Assembly: GCA_951804945.1 (NCBI GenBank)
Contig: OX638150.1
Coordinates: forward strand, 73,222,001-73,286,000
Direction of reading: 5' to 3'
Source: Podarcis cretensis
Lineage: Eukaryota
DNA length: 64,000 bases
Every line of letters begins with the position of its first letter. Position 1 is the first letter of the stretch. Below are positions 26,309 through 40,300 of this stretch, piece after piece. The translations under genes were made by a program, and so were the position numbers. A model generated the notes under the pieces. It ran no database searches. It was not told where the DNA came from and worked only from the letters and a program-made list of their open reading frames with translations.

Positions 26309-26444
26309 CAGGCATAGGCAAACTCGGCCCTCCAGATGTTTTGAGACTACAATTCCCATCATCCCTGACCACTGGTCCTGTTAGCTAGGGATGATGGGAG
26401 TTGTAGTCCCAAAACATCTGGAGGGCTGAGTTTGCCTATGCCTG
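26309..26444 (+). mobile_element. Intact 136-bp hAT (Charlie-like) MITE, TIR type A
   Basis: TIR CAGGCATAGGCAAACT at both ends; hairpin core; 8-bp TSD GTCTAGAG/GTCTAGAA. Confidence 0.93.
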
Positions 26445-29400
26445 GTCTAGAAGATACTTAACGGAACAAACTTGTGTATTGTGGGATGTTATGTCTATTT
26501 CTATTGGGGAAATCAGTCTGTTTCTGGTAGGCATCATGACACAATTCAGCAAATGGAGTATTCTAGTTCTGGAGGCAATGCATATATCACAAAATACTGC
26601 TGTGTGTGTGTTACCATGGAGCTCTTACTATGTATAAACTTCCTCTATATGAGCACCTTGCTTAATGAGGGGAACAAACGTGGAGGTGAATGCTGCTCAT
26701 CAGTATATCAGAGAAGTGAGCAACTTGCAAAAATGCATTGTTTCGCTCCAAATAGGACACTCACACAATATATTTCTTCATGGGTATGATCTGGGACAAG
26801 AGAGACTGAAAGGGCAGCAGGACCGAAAAGATGGGAGACTGAAAATGAAGAAGGCAGTGGAAAAAAGGCAGGAGAGAAACAACAGTAATAAACATTTTAT
26901 GAAGCAGAAAATGGGTTATAAAGAAGTCAACTTTTAAAGGCAATTTATGTAATCCTGCCAAGTGCACATAAATTGGGAAATAGCTCTCTCTGCAACCACT
27001 AAGCATTTCTTTAAATGGGACAAATAGCTTCAGCAAAGGTTTTTGGATGACCAAACCAAGCTACTAAAAAGAACGCTGATAATGATAGGCAACCCACTTT
27101 CAGCAGAGAAGTGTGGCATCTGGAGAAATGAAGAATGTATCCACTGAAGGCATATGAAGATTTCTAGCACTCAGCTAAGTGCTCCATCCCCATTTTCTAC
27201 CTTCTTTGTTGGGCTGAGTGATACAGAGAGTGGCTAGCAAAGCCAAAAGAAAAACATGTTAAGCTAATAACCCCAATTGCTATCTTCATGCCGCTCTTTT
27301 GGATTCCTAGGACATCACTTCTTCCTTCTGTCGTGGAGAGCCTGGAGGATGGCCCTTACTATCAAGACTTGCAAGCAGCAGTTGCAAATAATAAAACTAA
27401 TAAAAAGGCCAGATTTCTCTCAATAACTCATAAAGTAATGGTGGCAGCAGTGGACCATGCACTGAGCTCCATGGAGGAAAGGTGCAATAGAAATGTAATA
27501 AATAAATCTTTAAAAACAGAAATAAAACCAGGGCACTTGTAATGTGCCATTTTGCACGGAGGTGCTAGAGAGCTGGATTTGAGGTTTTAAGTAATGTTTT
27601 AGTACTTTGAAAGGCACAGAAACCTTTACAGCTTTTATCTGTTTTTCTTAAACATCTCTGTGAACTTGAACAAGGAAACCCTGAAATGACCAAATGTAAA
27701 AAGAAGCAAGGCATATGTCAGATTATGCTGAAATTGGGCACATTCTGGTGTTACAAAGAGAGTTCTCTGCACTCTGAACAAGCTACAGTTCCAATGATTC
27801 TTTGGAGGATCCTCACGCTTTAAATGCATTTTGAATGTATGAGGTTAATGTTTGGTTGTTGAGTCTACAATGCCTTCCATTACGTCTTGAACTTGAATAT
27901 ACATTGATTATGTGGTTTCAAATTTGCTTTCTGCCTATGAAGACTGTAAATAGGTAAAATGTTGTGGGGTGTTTTTGGTTGTTGTTTTTTTTAAGATAAG
28001 GAAAGATGTGCTAACAATCAAACAGAATTCAGCAAAGGATGAATGCAGAATCTTTTTTTTTTTTTTTTAGAAAGAATAATCCACAGCATAGCAGGACAGA
28101 AACATATGGACCTTAGGGATAAGGTCTTGGATGAAGGGAATGGTAAATATGATAATGTGGATCTTTTGATTCCATAGTATTCCTGTGTTGTCCAACCTAA
28201 TATCCAGAACCACAACATCATTCAAGGGTTGGAAAGAACCTTAGCAATTGGGTTGACCAGCTGCAGTTCCTTGCTCAGGCACTCATAACTCTGCTGCCCC
28301 ACACTGGGCAGCTGAGACAACATTCAAAAAGTACTGATGCACAGCATCAATTGTGTTTGGTTCCTGTGTCTTAGTGCCCTCTGGTGCAAATGCATATTAG
28401 GTTGGACACCCCGTCTCCCACCAAGGTTGATGCTCAGCCCTCTTTTCTGCAGGCTCAAACCCCAAAGGAGTCTCATTCATTAGCTCATTCACATACATGT
28501 GAACCTGTCCCACATGCAAACCTGGAACTGGCAGACTGGGAACCTAGTCACAAATCTACATGCAATTGCACTCATGTGAAGGAAAACTGTATTCTGCCCC
28601 CAAAGTGCAGAAAACATTTGAGGGGATACAGCACAGGCATTTGTCCCCCACTCATTGATTTTAGTAGATTTAGTTGTACTAAGAAGCACAAAGAATAGCC
28701 TTTTGGACAGATACTTTTGATCTGCAGCTGTTGGCTGGAAACTACCAAAAAAAGAGACATGGCTCTTCAGCTCTGCAGTGTTCCCTCATTTGCAAGGGGC
28801 ACATAAAAGAAAATTGCAAACAAAAAAGCCACCTTCTGTAATTTTTATAGGTACATTTTGCACCTGTTTCTCATCTAAAAGAAGTGGTAAATGGATGGCT
28901 GAAATCTGGAGAACAACACTGTAGCACTCATTCCAGATCAAAAACATCTAATTTGCCAGCTGTCCAGGAATATCCAAGAGGAGGGGAGAGTTTTACTGAT
29001 GACCTGGCCTCTCTTAAACCCCCCCACAGCATTTCATACTGTTTTGCTGCTACAGAATTAGTCTGTAGAAACAAAACACATCATCTATGAGCAGCAGTGA
29101 TGCTAATTGTGTATATGAGTAAAAATTATCTAGCTAACAGTGCCAGAACTATATAGGAACAACCCTTTTAAAGGAAGTAACAAAAAAGAATAAGTACCTG
29201 AAATTGATGAAAGCTACAGTTCCCCTATGTGGAGAATTGTTCTGTGCTTAACATCTGAAATATCCAAGGAAATTTACAGGGTTGTGGGGAGGAGATGAAA
29301 TATTTTTAAAACGTGTTGCTTTTTAGTAGCGAAAGACTTGACCCGGTTTTCTGGCCACTGAAGCTGGAATGTGAATTAAAGAGAATGTGGGCTGCTGCCA

Positions 29401-30534
29401 CCGCCACTGACAGCTCCAGGTCATTTTCTCCTCCTTTCCTTGGGAACATCTAATAACACAAAATGCATGATTTGAAGCAATCCTGTTGCCTGTTTACTCA
29501 CTCCTGTAAGCTGCAGATGAAGGACTGGAGCAGGAACAGGGGATATTGTGCCACATAGAGACATTGCCTCCAATGTTGTGTATTTTTACATGTTATGCAG
29601 GAGAGGCAGAGGAGATGCAGGGCTGCTGGTGCAACCTTTGGATTTCCAGCCTAGAGTGCATGCATATCCAAGGTGAAGGGAAAGTCAATTACTCTTGCTT
29701 ACCTTTCCACAATAACGTATACCGTAAAGGCAACTGGCCTTTACAGCACTTTTACTGCGGAAGAGGGTCTTTTAACTACTCAAATATGCTGGCTTTTTAT
29801 TTATTTTTTAGCTTATCCTCTTAACTGCAGAAATTTTGAAGAATAAAATAAAAATAAAACACAGGCCTGTGGGTTAGAATTTAGAACAGAATACAGCCAG
29901 AGTGCAGGGAATGCCTGTCTTCCTTTCCTAAGTAGACAACTGAAGGTCACTTGAAAGGGTGTTGCTGTAATTTGAACCTTTGAAAACAGAATATGCTGGT
30001 GTATGGTTAATACAGGGTAGAAACAAAGGGGGGGGGGTGAGAAAAAGAAAAAGCAAGAAACTTTCCATGTAGGGATCACAGTTCTGACTGATTGCCCAGC
30101 CGATGATTGCTGGAAACAGCCTACCAGTCGCTTACACTCCAGCTCTTGTTTCATTTTCCCCTGAACTTCCATAGCAACCCATCTGCAGTGAGTGACTCTA
30201 ATGTTTAATGGTCCTGCCATTAGCACTAATGCATTCCAAACACTCAGCATCTGCTGTCGCGCATTCAGATGGAAACACAAAAATAACCATGTTCGGCGCA
30301 ATCTGTCATAAATTCCAGCTTGAGGTTATAAAATGACATACTGGGAGATGGAAAGAGAGAAATGGCCAAAATTAACAAGCCACTTGGTTAAAAAACAAAA
30401 GGAAGAATGAAAGAGAGAGGAATGTAAATACACAATCAATAAATAAGGAAGATGCACGATGCAAAGGGACATCTGGAAAAGAACAGGGTTGGATATATCC
30501 ACCCAGAGCTGTCCAGAGAAACAGCAGAGACATG

Positions 30535-30555
30535 GTTGCTCTCCAAGGTGCTGAG
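30535..30555 (-). promoter_or_regulatory. RE1/NRSE (REST-binding) site
   Basis: Minus strand CTCAGCACCTTGGAGAGCAAC fully matches NTYAGMRCCNNRGMSAG; an extra right half-site (GGACAGC on -) lies about 25 bp away; flanks appear non-repetitive. Confidence 0.65.
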
Positions 30556-30921
30556 TTAATATTTGCTGGGCACGTTGGTTAAATGTGAACAGAACCCAGA
30601 ATACAAATAGAGGACACAATTATTCAGAAATAAACTCGTGTGGCATAAATAGGTTCAGATAAGAAGGATTCTGACATAGTCACCTCTTATAAAATTGCTG
30701 AAGATCAAGGAACTAGCATGCAGAATTGTCACTACTGGGCCTGCAAATTGCACTTAGAATTAAGGTGACATGAGGTTGGTTTGAATAGGATATTTATACC
30801 TTAGGAACAGAAAAAATATGTTGTATTCAGCAAACATGTTAAAGAAGACACACATGAGGAAATCTGGTCTCTATTAGTGGGAGTGTTTTGCTGTGGGCAA
30901 AATAAAATAGGGAATGGCCTG

Positions 30922-31080
30922 TTTGTTTATTGCTTTTATATCTCACCTATATCTTCCAAGTTGCTCAAGGTGGTGTGCATGGTTTTCCTCCTTCCTATTT
31001 TATCTTCACACAACCCTGTGAGGTAGGTTAGGCTGAAAAACTGTGACTGGCCCAAGGTTATGCATTGAGCATCACAGCTA
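30922..31080 (-). mobile_element. Old 5'-truncated CORE/Squam3/MIR-like SINE
   Basis: ACAACCCTGTGAGGTAGGTTAGGCTGA..TGTGACTGGCCCAAGGT is similar to the young SINE body in reverse. Confidence 0.7.
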
Positions 31081-31766
31081 TTAACATGTAAGTGCTAAAA
31101 TATGTACTCATTTACTAAATTTATTAATACAGTCAGTATTGCTTTTTAGATGTTGTCCAAAGAGAGAGAAAATATATTAAAAGAAAAACACAACCAAATA
31201 CAAAAACTGCATTTATTTATTGCAAACATTTAAATTATGCTCAGCTTTAATTAGGCATGTGAAGAGAAGCTGCCTGCAAAATGGAAGAACTTCTGCTTCT
31301 CAACTTAGATGAAATGGGTCAAACAAAGCAAGTTGTTCGGAGTCTCTTCCAACAAGGCTTCCTGTTATTGCTTTTAATGCTTTGAACTAGTGCTCAGCTG
31401 AACTATCTGCATTTTGTAAATTTGGGAGTGGGTATGAACTGGGCATGGTGAAAGTGATGCCTTAGCTGCTAGTAGCAGCCTGGTCATGTTGCTGGTGTGG
31501 AATGTGCCTGGGAAGGCAGTGTCATTTCTCACATAAGAATGCCCTTCTTGGAATGATGATATGTGATGTTGCAGCATCCTAAGCAGGGAAATTCTGTGTT
31601 AGGAACACAGGTGGGCTGCCACAGCTGGAAGCTGTGTGTGTGTGTGTGTGTGTAAAAAAGAAAAGAAAAAAGAAAAACCCTCATAAACAACTTAGAGGAT
31701 TCCCCCCCCCCCGCTACAGTTAGGCAGTCTACTAATTTTGTTAGATAAAGGTACAATAATAATTTC

Positions 31767-32089
31767 TTACATTTGCATGCCCCTGAAAGTCACTGAATAT
31801 CCCCCCACCCTATTTTCACAGGGACAAATGCAGTAGTGGTTGGAGGTGTGGCACTGCTTACCTGACTTCCTGTCACTGCATTTGCTGTGGTGTGCCATGG
31901 GGGGAGAGGAGGAAGGTGAGGCCAGCGCAGTACAAACATGCTGGCAGCCCTCAATTTGGCCTCCCATTTCTTGGCACGCCACAGCAATGGAAGCAATGAC
32001 AGGAGGCCAGGTAAGCAGTGCCATCCCAACAACTGCTACTCAACAACTGTTCTGACGAACAGGAGGGGGGATATTTGGCATGCAGGTAA
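31767..32089. mobile_element. Foldback (palindromic) element, ~320 bp
   Basis: GGCACTGCTTACCTGACTTCCTGTCACTGC (31850-31879) vs GCAATGACAGGAGGCCAGGTAAGCAGTGCC (31993-32022) is a 27/30 inverted match. Outer AATATCCCCCC / GGGGGGATATT and TGCATGCC / GGCATGCA are also mirrored. Confidence 0.75.
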
Positions 32090-33089
32090 TGCTGCTATCA
32101 GAGATTCTTGATTTATTTATGTAGGGCTAAGAATTGACTTAGATTGACATCCTAAACATAATTACCAGGGAATAGGTTCCATTGAACACAGTGGGACTGA
32201 GCAAATATGCACATGCTTCAGCTGTAAAATTATGAGATTGATAGCAACTCCATGAGTTGGTAGATGAGATTATGTGAAGCTTAAAATCTCTCCAAAAACA
32301 TATTCAACCTAAATAATACATTTTCCTCCACCCCCGGTAGACTGTGATATAGGAATATGTGATTGCAAACATTGTGATGAATGCTTAGATCATCTATGTA
32401 GTTACGCATAGTTTTCCTCTCTCCTATGTATTTTGCAGTTTCATAATAAAGAAGCTGCCAGTCTTTCCTTTCCTGAGCTAGAAATTATTCTGCTGCACCA
32501 GTTTGGGGGCTGGGTTCAATGAATGGGGTGTTCTGTGAAGAGCGACCCAGGTATGCAAGTGAGCAGCTCTGGGCTATCCTGATAAAGCAGCTCTGCATTT
32601 TGCAGAGAGGTGCCAGAGCATATCCGATTTGGGTGGCTTGTTCCTAATTACCTGCATCCTGATTAACTGGTACGATTGGTACCATTAAAAATATTTTCCA
32701 GAGGATTTCTGAACAGTTTGCAGCTAGTGGCCCACAGGCATGAAAAATCATTTTAAAGAAGGTAATTAACCTCTTTATGCCCCTCATAGACACTGAATCA
32801 GATACGGTTGATGCTGGCAGTGACCAAATACCCCCTTCCATCTGTGTGATGCTTAGTAGTCTGTGTGGAATGAGGCTATGGCTACCAATGGAGCAAGGAA
32901 CAGTTTCTAGCCTGCTGGTCAACATATTACATATTCCTCTTTCTTTGTGCCTGTTCCACACAAAAGGAGAAATGTAATAGAAGTCAGCTATAAAGCCCAG
33001 GGATGCCAACAGGACTTTATGAGACCTGGAACACAGTATGCAGATTAGGCTCTCCAACCCACTCACAAAAGAGGACACATCTTTACATT

Positions 33090-33430
33090 CCTGAAGGAGC
33101 ATCTCCAGTCCCCTTATTCAGCCCGGACACTGAGGTCCAGCTCCGAGGGCCTTCTGGCAGTTCCCTCACTGTGAGAAGTGAAGTTACAGGGAACCAGGAA
33201 GAGGGCTTTCTTGGTAGTCACACCTACCCTGTGGGACATTGTCCCATAAGATGTCAAACTGATAAAAAAGCTACATGACTTTTAGAAGACCTCTAAAGGC
33301 AGCCCTATATGGGGAAGTTTTTAATGTTTGAGGTTTTATCGTTTTTTAAATAGTTTGTTGGGAGCTGCCCAGAGAGGCTGGGGCAACCCAGTCAGATAGG
33401 CAGCATATAAATAATAAAAATATGATTATA
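33090..33430 (+). mobile_element. L2 LINE 3' end fragment
   Basis: CCTGAAGGAGCATCTCC..TCAGCCCGGACACTGAGGTCCAGCTCCGAGGGCCTTCTGG..GCTGCCCAGAGAGGCTGGGGCAACCCAGTCAGAT..AATAATAAA; the same tail appears in reverse at 57005-57162. Confidence 0.8.
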
Positions 33431-34226
33431 ATCACCACCACCACCACCAAGTTTCCATATTATTTGTGCCATGTGCAAATTCATGTCCTCATTTGCTGGT
33501 AGAGGGTAGAAGTAGTCAGGCTGGTTCATCTAACAGAAGTTTCAGATGCAGAAGTGTATCTGTTCATTTTGCTTCATAACATTGTTTTTAAAGGCGGGCT
33601 AGAGACATACTTAAAAGATAAAAACTGGCTGTGAGACATGCACATCAGTACTTCTGTAGCCACTTCTTGGTGGCCCTGATAAAACCTGCACCTCTTCAGC
33701 TTAACCTATAGTAATTCTTGCTCACATGTGAGTCCCATGGATCTTACAATCCATCTACAAAATGAGTTTACTCAGAAATCCTAGTGAGTTCAGTGGAGAC
33801 CTCTCCCAAAGTCAATATGCACAGGACTGTAGTCCTATTGAAACAAATGCTGAGTGCTGGTTGATCTACTTGAAGGAGATCTGAGAGGAAAATCCAGCAC
33901 TGACATCTAAGGTGCCTCTGAAGGGGGGGGGGGGAGGAAAGCACAGAATCTTATGTTGTCAAGGAAGCCCCCTTTATTTGGGAACACAGGAAGCCTCACC
34001 TGTACAATAGAGGATTTGTGCTGCCACTGCACTGAAACAATGAACATTCCAGATACAGATCTGCAATGTCACATATCCAGCCCACGGTCTCTGAGCCAGG
34101 GGCTGGGGCTGGGGCCAGGAGCAGAACTGGCAGAATGTACTGAGCAGGCAAGAACAGAAGACCAGGATCTCAGTATTTATATGTATTACTATTTCTCACA
34201 GCATCAAGCTTCAGGCAAGAGCTGTA

Positions 34227-34444
34227 CAGTGGTATCTCGGGTTACAGATGCTTCAGGTTACAGATTCCACTAATCTGAAAGTAGTACCTTGGGTTAAGGA
34301 CTTTACCTCAGGATGAGAACAGAAATTGTGCAGCAGCGGCAGCGGGAGGCCCCATTAGCTAAAGTGGTGCTTCAGGTTAAGAACAGTTTCAGGTTAAGAA
34401 CGGACCTCCAGAACAAATTAAGTTCTTAACCAGAGGTACCACTT
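34227..34444 (-). mobile_element. Tigger/pogo-like MITE, second copy
   Basis: TA|CAGTGGTATCTCGGGTTA ... TAACCAGAGGTACCACTT|TA; reverse orientation relative to the 14847 copy. Confidence 0.9.
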
Positions 34445-34728
34445 TATCTACAATGTTCTGCCTAGGCACTTTGAATAGCTCCAGAACACAGGCTAGCCTA
34501 TCCGTTAAAGAAACCCCAAGTGCCACAGAAACATAGCATGACGTGGGCAAGCCCCAAGCCTCCTCTCAAGCTTGATGCTGGGATGGAGCCTGGGGGTTGC
34601 CCTCAGACCTTCCGAGGCCATTGGAGTGCCTCAAGTGTGCAGGATTTTAAACACCTTCTCTGTCCATCTGTGGACTTCTACACACCTCTATTTCCTCCTG
34701 AGGAGAGCCGGGCACATAGACTCTAACA

Positions 34729-34864
34729 TAGGCTTCCTCAACCTTGGCCCTCCAGATGTTTTGAGACTACAATTCCCATCATCCCTGACCACTGGTCCTG
34801 CTAGCTAGGGATCATGGGAGTTGTAGGCCAAAAACATCTGGAGGGCCGAGGTTGAGGAAGCCTG
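34729..34864 (+). mobile_element. 136-bp hAT MITE, TIR type B
   Basis: (T/C)AGGCTTCCTCAACCT termini; core nearly identical to 26309; TSD CTCTAACA/TGCTAACA. Confidence 0.92.
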
Positions 34865-35591
34865 TGCTAACACCTTGACTCAAACGCTTCTGCATTTCTA
34901 CATCATCAGGACTCGGTGCAGCTTGGTTTTGAGAGACTGCTGCAAAATGACAAATCTAAAATGCTGCCTAAGCTACCAAGGCCAGAAGCACCAAGGTAAA
35001 ATGTTGATGGAAATGATAACATCAATGGGGCATTAGCAAGGGAAAGGAGAAGAATAATGACCCAACAAGAGAAACAGCAGGAAACGTGTGTTTTTCAGGA
35101 CAGTGTTATGAACTACATTGATTCTGAGCGGAGGCCATCCCTGTTCTTCCTCGTTGAGAAACAGCTTTAAGAACGGAGGCATAAAATCAAACCTTTTCTC
35201 ATACCAGCAAGAGAACAGCTGTCACCAGCCCAAGGGAGAAGGCATGTGTCCAAATGAGAAAATAAGGCCCATGGGGGATGCTCCTTAGGAAGCATCTTGC
35301 CACTTGCTCACTATTAATACAACATGCCCTGCTGGCATGCAGCTATGGCTTATACAGAAAGATGCCCAGCCTTAGAGTTATAAGTTCCAGTTCCAAAAAA
35401 CTCTGACTAGTTCTCTCTTGTCTGCTCTGTATGCAATTCTGGGAAAAGTAAGTCCTTGCAGTTCCAGTCCTACTAACGCTAGTTTGGAAATGTATGAAAT
35501 GAAGATAAGCATAGGAATGTGTTGTGGGTTTGTCAATACCTTGGTTATAGAGCACAGGGTCCTTCTTGAGTGCAGGGCCATTCTTCTGACA

Positions 35592-35778
35592 CAGAGCTTT
35601 CCAAACTGTGTGTCATGGCATTGCAGTGTGTCGTGCGAACGCTCCCCTTGCTCCTTCTGGGGCTGGAAAGGGGTTAGTTTAACCTCTGGCTTACTAATAA
35701 AACTAACAATTGCTGTGTTGCGAAATGATGCATGAGTAAAAAAGTGTGTCACCAACAGGAAAAGTTTAGAAAGCTCAA
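35592..35778. mobile_element. hAT MITE (~187 bp), different family
   Basis: TIR CAGAGCTTTCCAAACT / AGTTTAGAAAGCTCAA; TSD TTCTGACA/TTCTAACA. Confidence 0.8.
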
Positions 35779-37048
35779 TTCTAACATTTTCTCTTTATAG
35801 CTATATACACTAAAATTGGTGAGGTGTTTTGATACTGTAGCAAAGGCAGGTTTTTTTTTATTTAAAAACAATATTATAACAGTCAGTTTTAGCTATTTAT
35901 ACAGTTTCCTTTTTGTAACAAGACTGCTGTCCCTAACGCCATCTCCCTTTTCTCAGGACTTTGAACAAAAACAATTGTAGCCATGCCCCAAAGAAAGGAT
36001 TGAATGTTTTAATTCTCTCCCTCTGTTCAGCAAAGGAACCAATACAGATATGCTTCAAGATAACCTGCATCCCTGTTCTTCAGCTAGGGAATGGAGATTA
36101 GCGGCGCTCTGCATCTTTACAGAAACGTATAGCAATAAAATAGAATAAAAACAAGAAAAAGGCTCTTCACCCCAGTCCTTTGCATTGGGAGCCACTAATA
36201 AAGATGTGAGGGAAACCAGTAAAAGTCAATACAGGATAATAAAAAGGATTTGCACTATACTCCCCAACATTTCACAGATGAAAACAGGGACACTTGTGTA
36301 CATCTCACATCAAGGGCTCCCTGCTTGAGTGCCTGCACTCCACTGTCACACATATCCACTATTGCTGAAGGCTCTTTTCTCCCTGCTGTATGTTGCACTC
36401 ATTTACTCTTTAACAGCCTGTCCCATATTAGCGTCTGAAGCAGCTGTGATAGTAAACAGAGTGCAATAGTTCGCTTTTTAAAAAAAATCTCCAGTAACTT
36501 GATGGAATATTTAATCTTACAATGGATCTCTGGCTGTCCTTGCTATAGAAGGCCCACAGGAACTCAAATGCATTCAGCAATACTTATTGTTTAGATAGGC
36601 AGCTAGGGGTTTTTTTTGGGGGGGGGGGAGAAGGATGGAAAGAAACTGCATACAGTCTGCTGCATATATACTGATTTTTCAAAAATATTTAAAAACACAC
36701 AACTCTAAATGGTGTACAAAAGGCAAAATAGGGACAGAGATTTGGCAGGCAGGTGTAACAGAAAACAGGGGCTGCTGTTGAAAAGTATGCCAAAGGATCA
36801 ATGTCTCAGCAAGTAACAGTCTGGAAAATTGTGGCATTTTCCACCAGTCATAGCTGGCATTTCTCTCCTGGCACACTGCATGGATAAGAGGGGTTGGCAT
36901 GGTCCAGAGCAGAGAGGGAATGGAAGGAAGATCAAAGACAGCTAAAGGGAGAAGAGCTCGGGTTCTGTATGAGAAGGAAATATAGAGGAAAGACTTTTAG
37001 GAGGCCTCTCTTCTCTCCTTCTCCTCAGCCTTTTGAGATCTACTACAT

Positions 37049-37399
37049 GGACACGGGTGGTGCTGTGGTCTAAACCACAGAGCCTAGGGCTTGCTGATCA
37101 GAAGGTCGGCGGTTCGAATCCCTGCAACGGGGTGAGCTCCCATTGCTAGGTCCCTGCTCCTGCCCACCTAGCAGTTCGAAAGCATGTCAAAGTGCAAGTA
37201 GATAAATAGGTACCACTCTGGTGGGAAGGTAAACGGTGTTTCCGTGCGCTGCTCTGGTTTCGCCAGAAGTGGCTTAGTCATGCTGGCCACATGACCCGGA
37301 AGCTGTACACCGGCTCCCTCGGCTAGTAAAGCGAGATGAGCGCCGCTACCCCAGAGTCGTCCGTGATGGGACCTAATGGTCAGGGGTCCCTTTACACTT
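37049..37399 (+). mobile_element. Full-length Sauria SINE (Squam1)
   Basis: GGACACGGGTGGTGCTGTGGTCTAAACC head; GGTTCGAATCC B box; AAGTGCAAGTAGATAAATAGGTACC core; (ACCTTT)-like tail; homologous to 59259. Confidence 0.93.
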
Positions 37400-40300
37400 T
37401 ACATTTAAGGTGATACTGCTTAAGACTCCATCCTCCATCATTATAGCAGGAGGTTCTCAGTGGTGGCCCCAGCAATGCAAAACTCACTACAAAGTCATTC
37501 CTCACTGTTCATTCTGAGTCCAAGTTTTTACATAACATTGTAAATATTTCTTACTATGAACTCAGTGATGTTTAATGACTGACGGTTGTTATTTTCAGTT
37601 TTGCACTCCCTCTTTCCAGATGCTGCTAAATGTTCTGGAGTCGCTGTTTGTTGGTTTTTTATTTATTTTGCAATTTTATTGTTTAATTCTTTATGATTTT
37701 TTGTTGTAAGACAACCTGATTTTTTATTTTTTAATGAGCTGGATATAAATGTTTATAGCAACCACAAAAGCCGTTGATTCTCCAGGTGCAACTGGTGATG
37801 ATAACGATGAAATGCTTGCTTATTGATCTGCATGGCCTGTAGAGAAGAGCAAACCCCTTTTCCCTGGACTGGTGGTGAAATGAGTCTGCCGGACAATGAC
37901 TCAGGGAGCACAGTCAGAGGACGGATTTTGTAGCCATCATCCAAATGTTGCTTTCCGGTACCAGAGGAAATTTTCTTTCACTGCTGCTTATCTGTAATTC
38001 TGCAGAATCAGCACCATCTCCTGCTAATCAGGGTAGGCAGCTCGTAGGACACACTCAGAGGAGCAAAGGGACCACAGGATGTGCTAGCAGCAGAGAGCAG
38101 CTGCAGCGGCAGCAACTGCAGTAAGAGGATTTTAAAATCATTTAGGGTTTTTTCTTTTTAAGTTGGAATGAGGAGTATTTAGAGTGGGCTGGGGAAGAAG
38201 GAAGATTAAGGGAATCAATGGTGCAGTTAGAGAAGAGAAAGAGATCCTCGAGAAGAGAAAGAGATCCACGAGAATCTCTCTTTCCTGTTTATTTTCTCTT
38301 GCTCTTTTATTTTCTGTTTTGCCCATAGGTCTGCTACAATGGAGAGGAGCCACATGCATTGCAGTTAACCCCATATTTACTTTGCCAGTGATAGGCTTGG
38401 GCTCAATGAATCCATTGATGCCAAAAGAACATCACCAGGATTTACTGAAACAGAAGGACAAAAGGAGCACAAAGCCCCTGAAATGGAGAGTAGGCTCAAA
38501 GGCAGAGCGGTCTCTGTTTACCTGCAGCTACTTACCTGCAGCTTCCCCCATTTATAGACAAAAATAAAATAAAATGGGGAAAATGGAGGTTAAGTCTGGG
38601 GAAGATGCTTTCAGCTCGATCACCTTCCAAAATGCACCAGGAGTGGGTACACAAGCTCTCAGGGCAAAGGTGGGAAATCAGGGTTGCAAAGATATTGAAA
38701 TTACCCTCACTCTTCCAAACAAACTTTGGTCAACTGCTTGGGCTCCTGTTTGGCCCCCATTTTCAAAGACAAGTGGATTCCCTTACTTTCTTTTTCCTGT
38801 ATCTTATAGGGGTCAGGTGCTATTTCCTTGTAAATTTCCTAAGCTCCCAATTATTTTGAGGAAGAATAAGGAAGGAAAAGCGAGAGAGAGAGAAAGAGAG
38901 AAAAATAGATTGGAAGTAGTGCAGGAGATGAATTAACCAGGCATAGCAGAGATGATGAAGGAGAGCGGGAGTAGAGTCTTTAAGCTCTTCTTTATACTGG
39001 GGGTTCTGAATGCCTGAGATAACAGAGATGAAATATGATTTGCTAATGTTTGCATGATGGCACAATGCCCCATGGGTCACAAACAACAGGCAAGAAAACA
39101 TCTATGGCTTTTTTGGGGAGGGGGGAAGGAAGTCACATACAGAGGCCTTTGCATTGTTCACTAAGGTCAGCGCTTCTTGCTGTCACCAGCCCAGGAGGAA
39201 GGTTATGTTCCTGCCAATGGCAGATAACAACAGTCAGCATGGTGTCACCCCACAAAGACGGCTTTTGTTCACTCCCACAGCAAGTGTGCCCCCAACCCCG
39301 CAGCAGTAGCCTGTGACACTTTGATTAGACTCTGCTGCACACAGACCGTGGGGTCTCAAAATCTTTCAAATTATTCCTGTGCCAGGTACATAAACTAACT
39401 TCATAGCAGTGAGACTGCTTTGAGCAGAAGATTTGCACATTCATGCGAAAGCTGTATGATAATCTAGCCTGCCTTGTGTATGTCAAGATATTAATTAAGA
39501 CTCTTGAATCAATTATATGACTAATGATTAGATTACAATTTGATAGAAATGTTCATTCCTGATTTATCTATCTATCTTCTTTTCTAGGTAGGCCTGGTGC
39601 AATTGTTAATCAATTTGACTGTTTACAAGTTTATGTCATATTTCTAGTACCAATCTATTAAGATGCAAATCCCATACCTTGAATCTACCCTTCCTGTTTA
39701 AAAAGCCATGCAAAATCCTTAATAGCTCTTGGAGAAATTGAGGAGGAGGAACTTGTGCTGCTACATGCTGAAATATTTGTGGAACTCCCAAGAATATGGA
39801 ATTGTAAATTCTATTTAAACTTTACACAAATCTCAGAATCATTCAGGCTTTTGTTTCTTGTACTGTGCGGTTTTATAATTATTATTTTGACTGGCAGCTT
39901 TTCCCTTCTGGATAAGTGCCGCGTTTGCATTGCCCTGAAGATCCAAAGTCTATATAGCAGTGATTATAATCCACAGAAATGGAAGTTTGTAGCTGACTAA
40001 TATGGAACATCCTTCGGGTCGCTACATCAAAGAAAACACCAGGCAAGGGCAGGCTGGCATCTAAGCCACTCAGCATGGTCGCAAGTGGATAAAGAGAGAA
40101 TACAGATACATTTAAAATCTATTTGCTATGCTGTTCCAAATATTTTACCAGACAGGTGCCCATTACAAGTGCCAAACTGCAAAGCTGAAAATCCTTCTTT
40201 GATGCTGATGTTGTCAAGAGGGGCTAGGCTCCAAGGCACCCAAATCAAGGGACAGGTCAAGGTGGAGCATGCTAACCTCAGTGCTGTGGGGGCTCATCTG

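Noticed and set aside
31897-32010. ATG-to-donor segment as a host exon
   Set aside because: The donor lies in the arm of a palindromic repeat element.
38518-38543. Perfect minus-strand donor CAG|GTAAGT
   Set aside because: It lies in a 14-bp-period local duplication of TTACCTGCAGCT with no supporting acceptor. It cannot be excluded but is unsupported.
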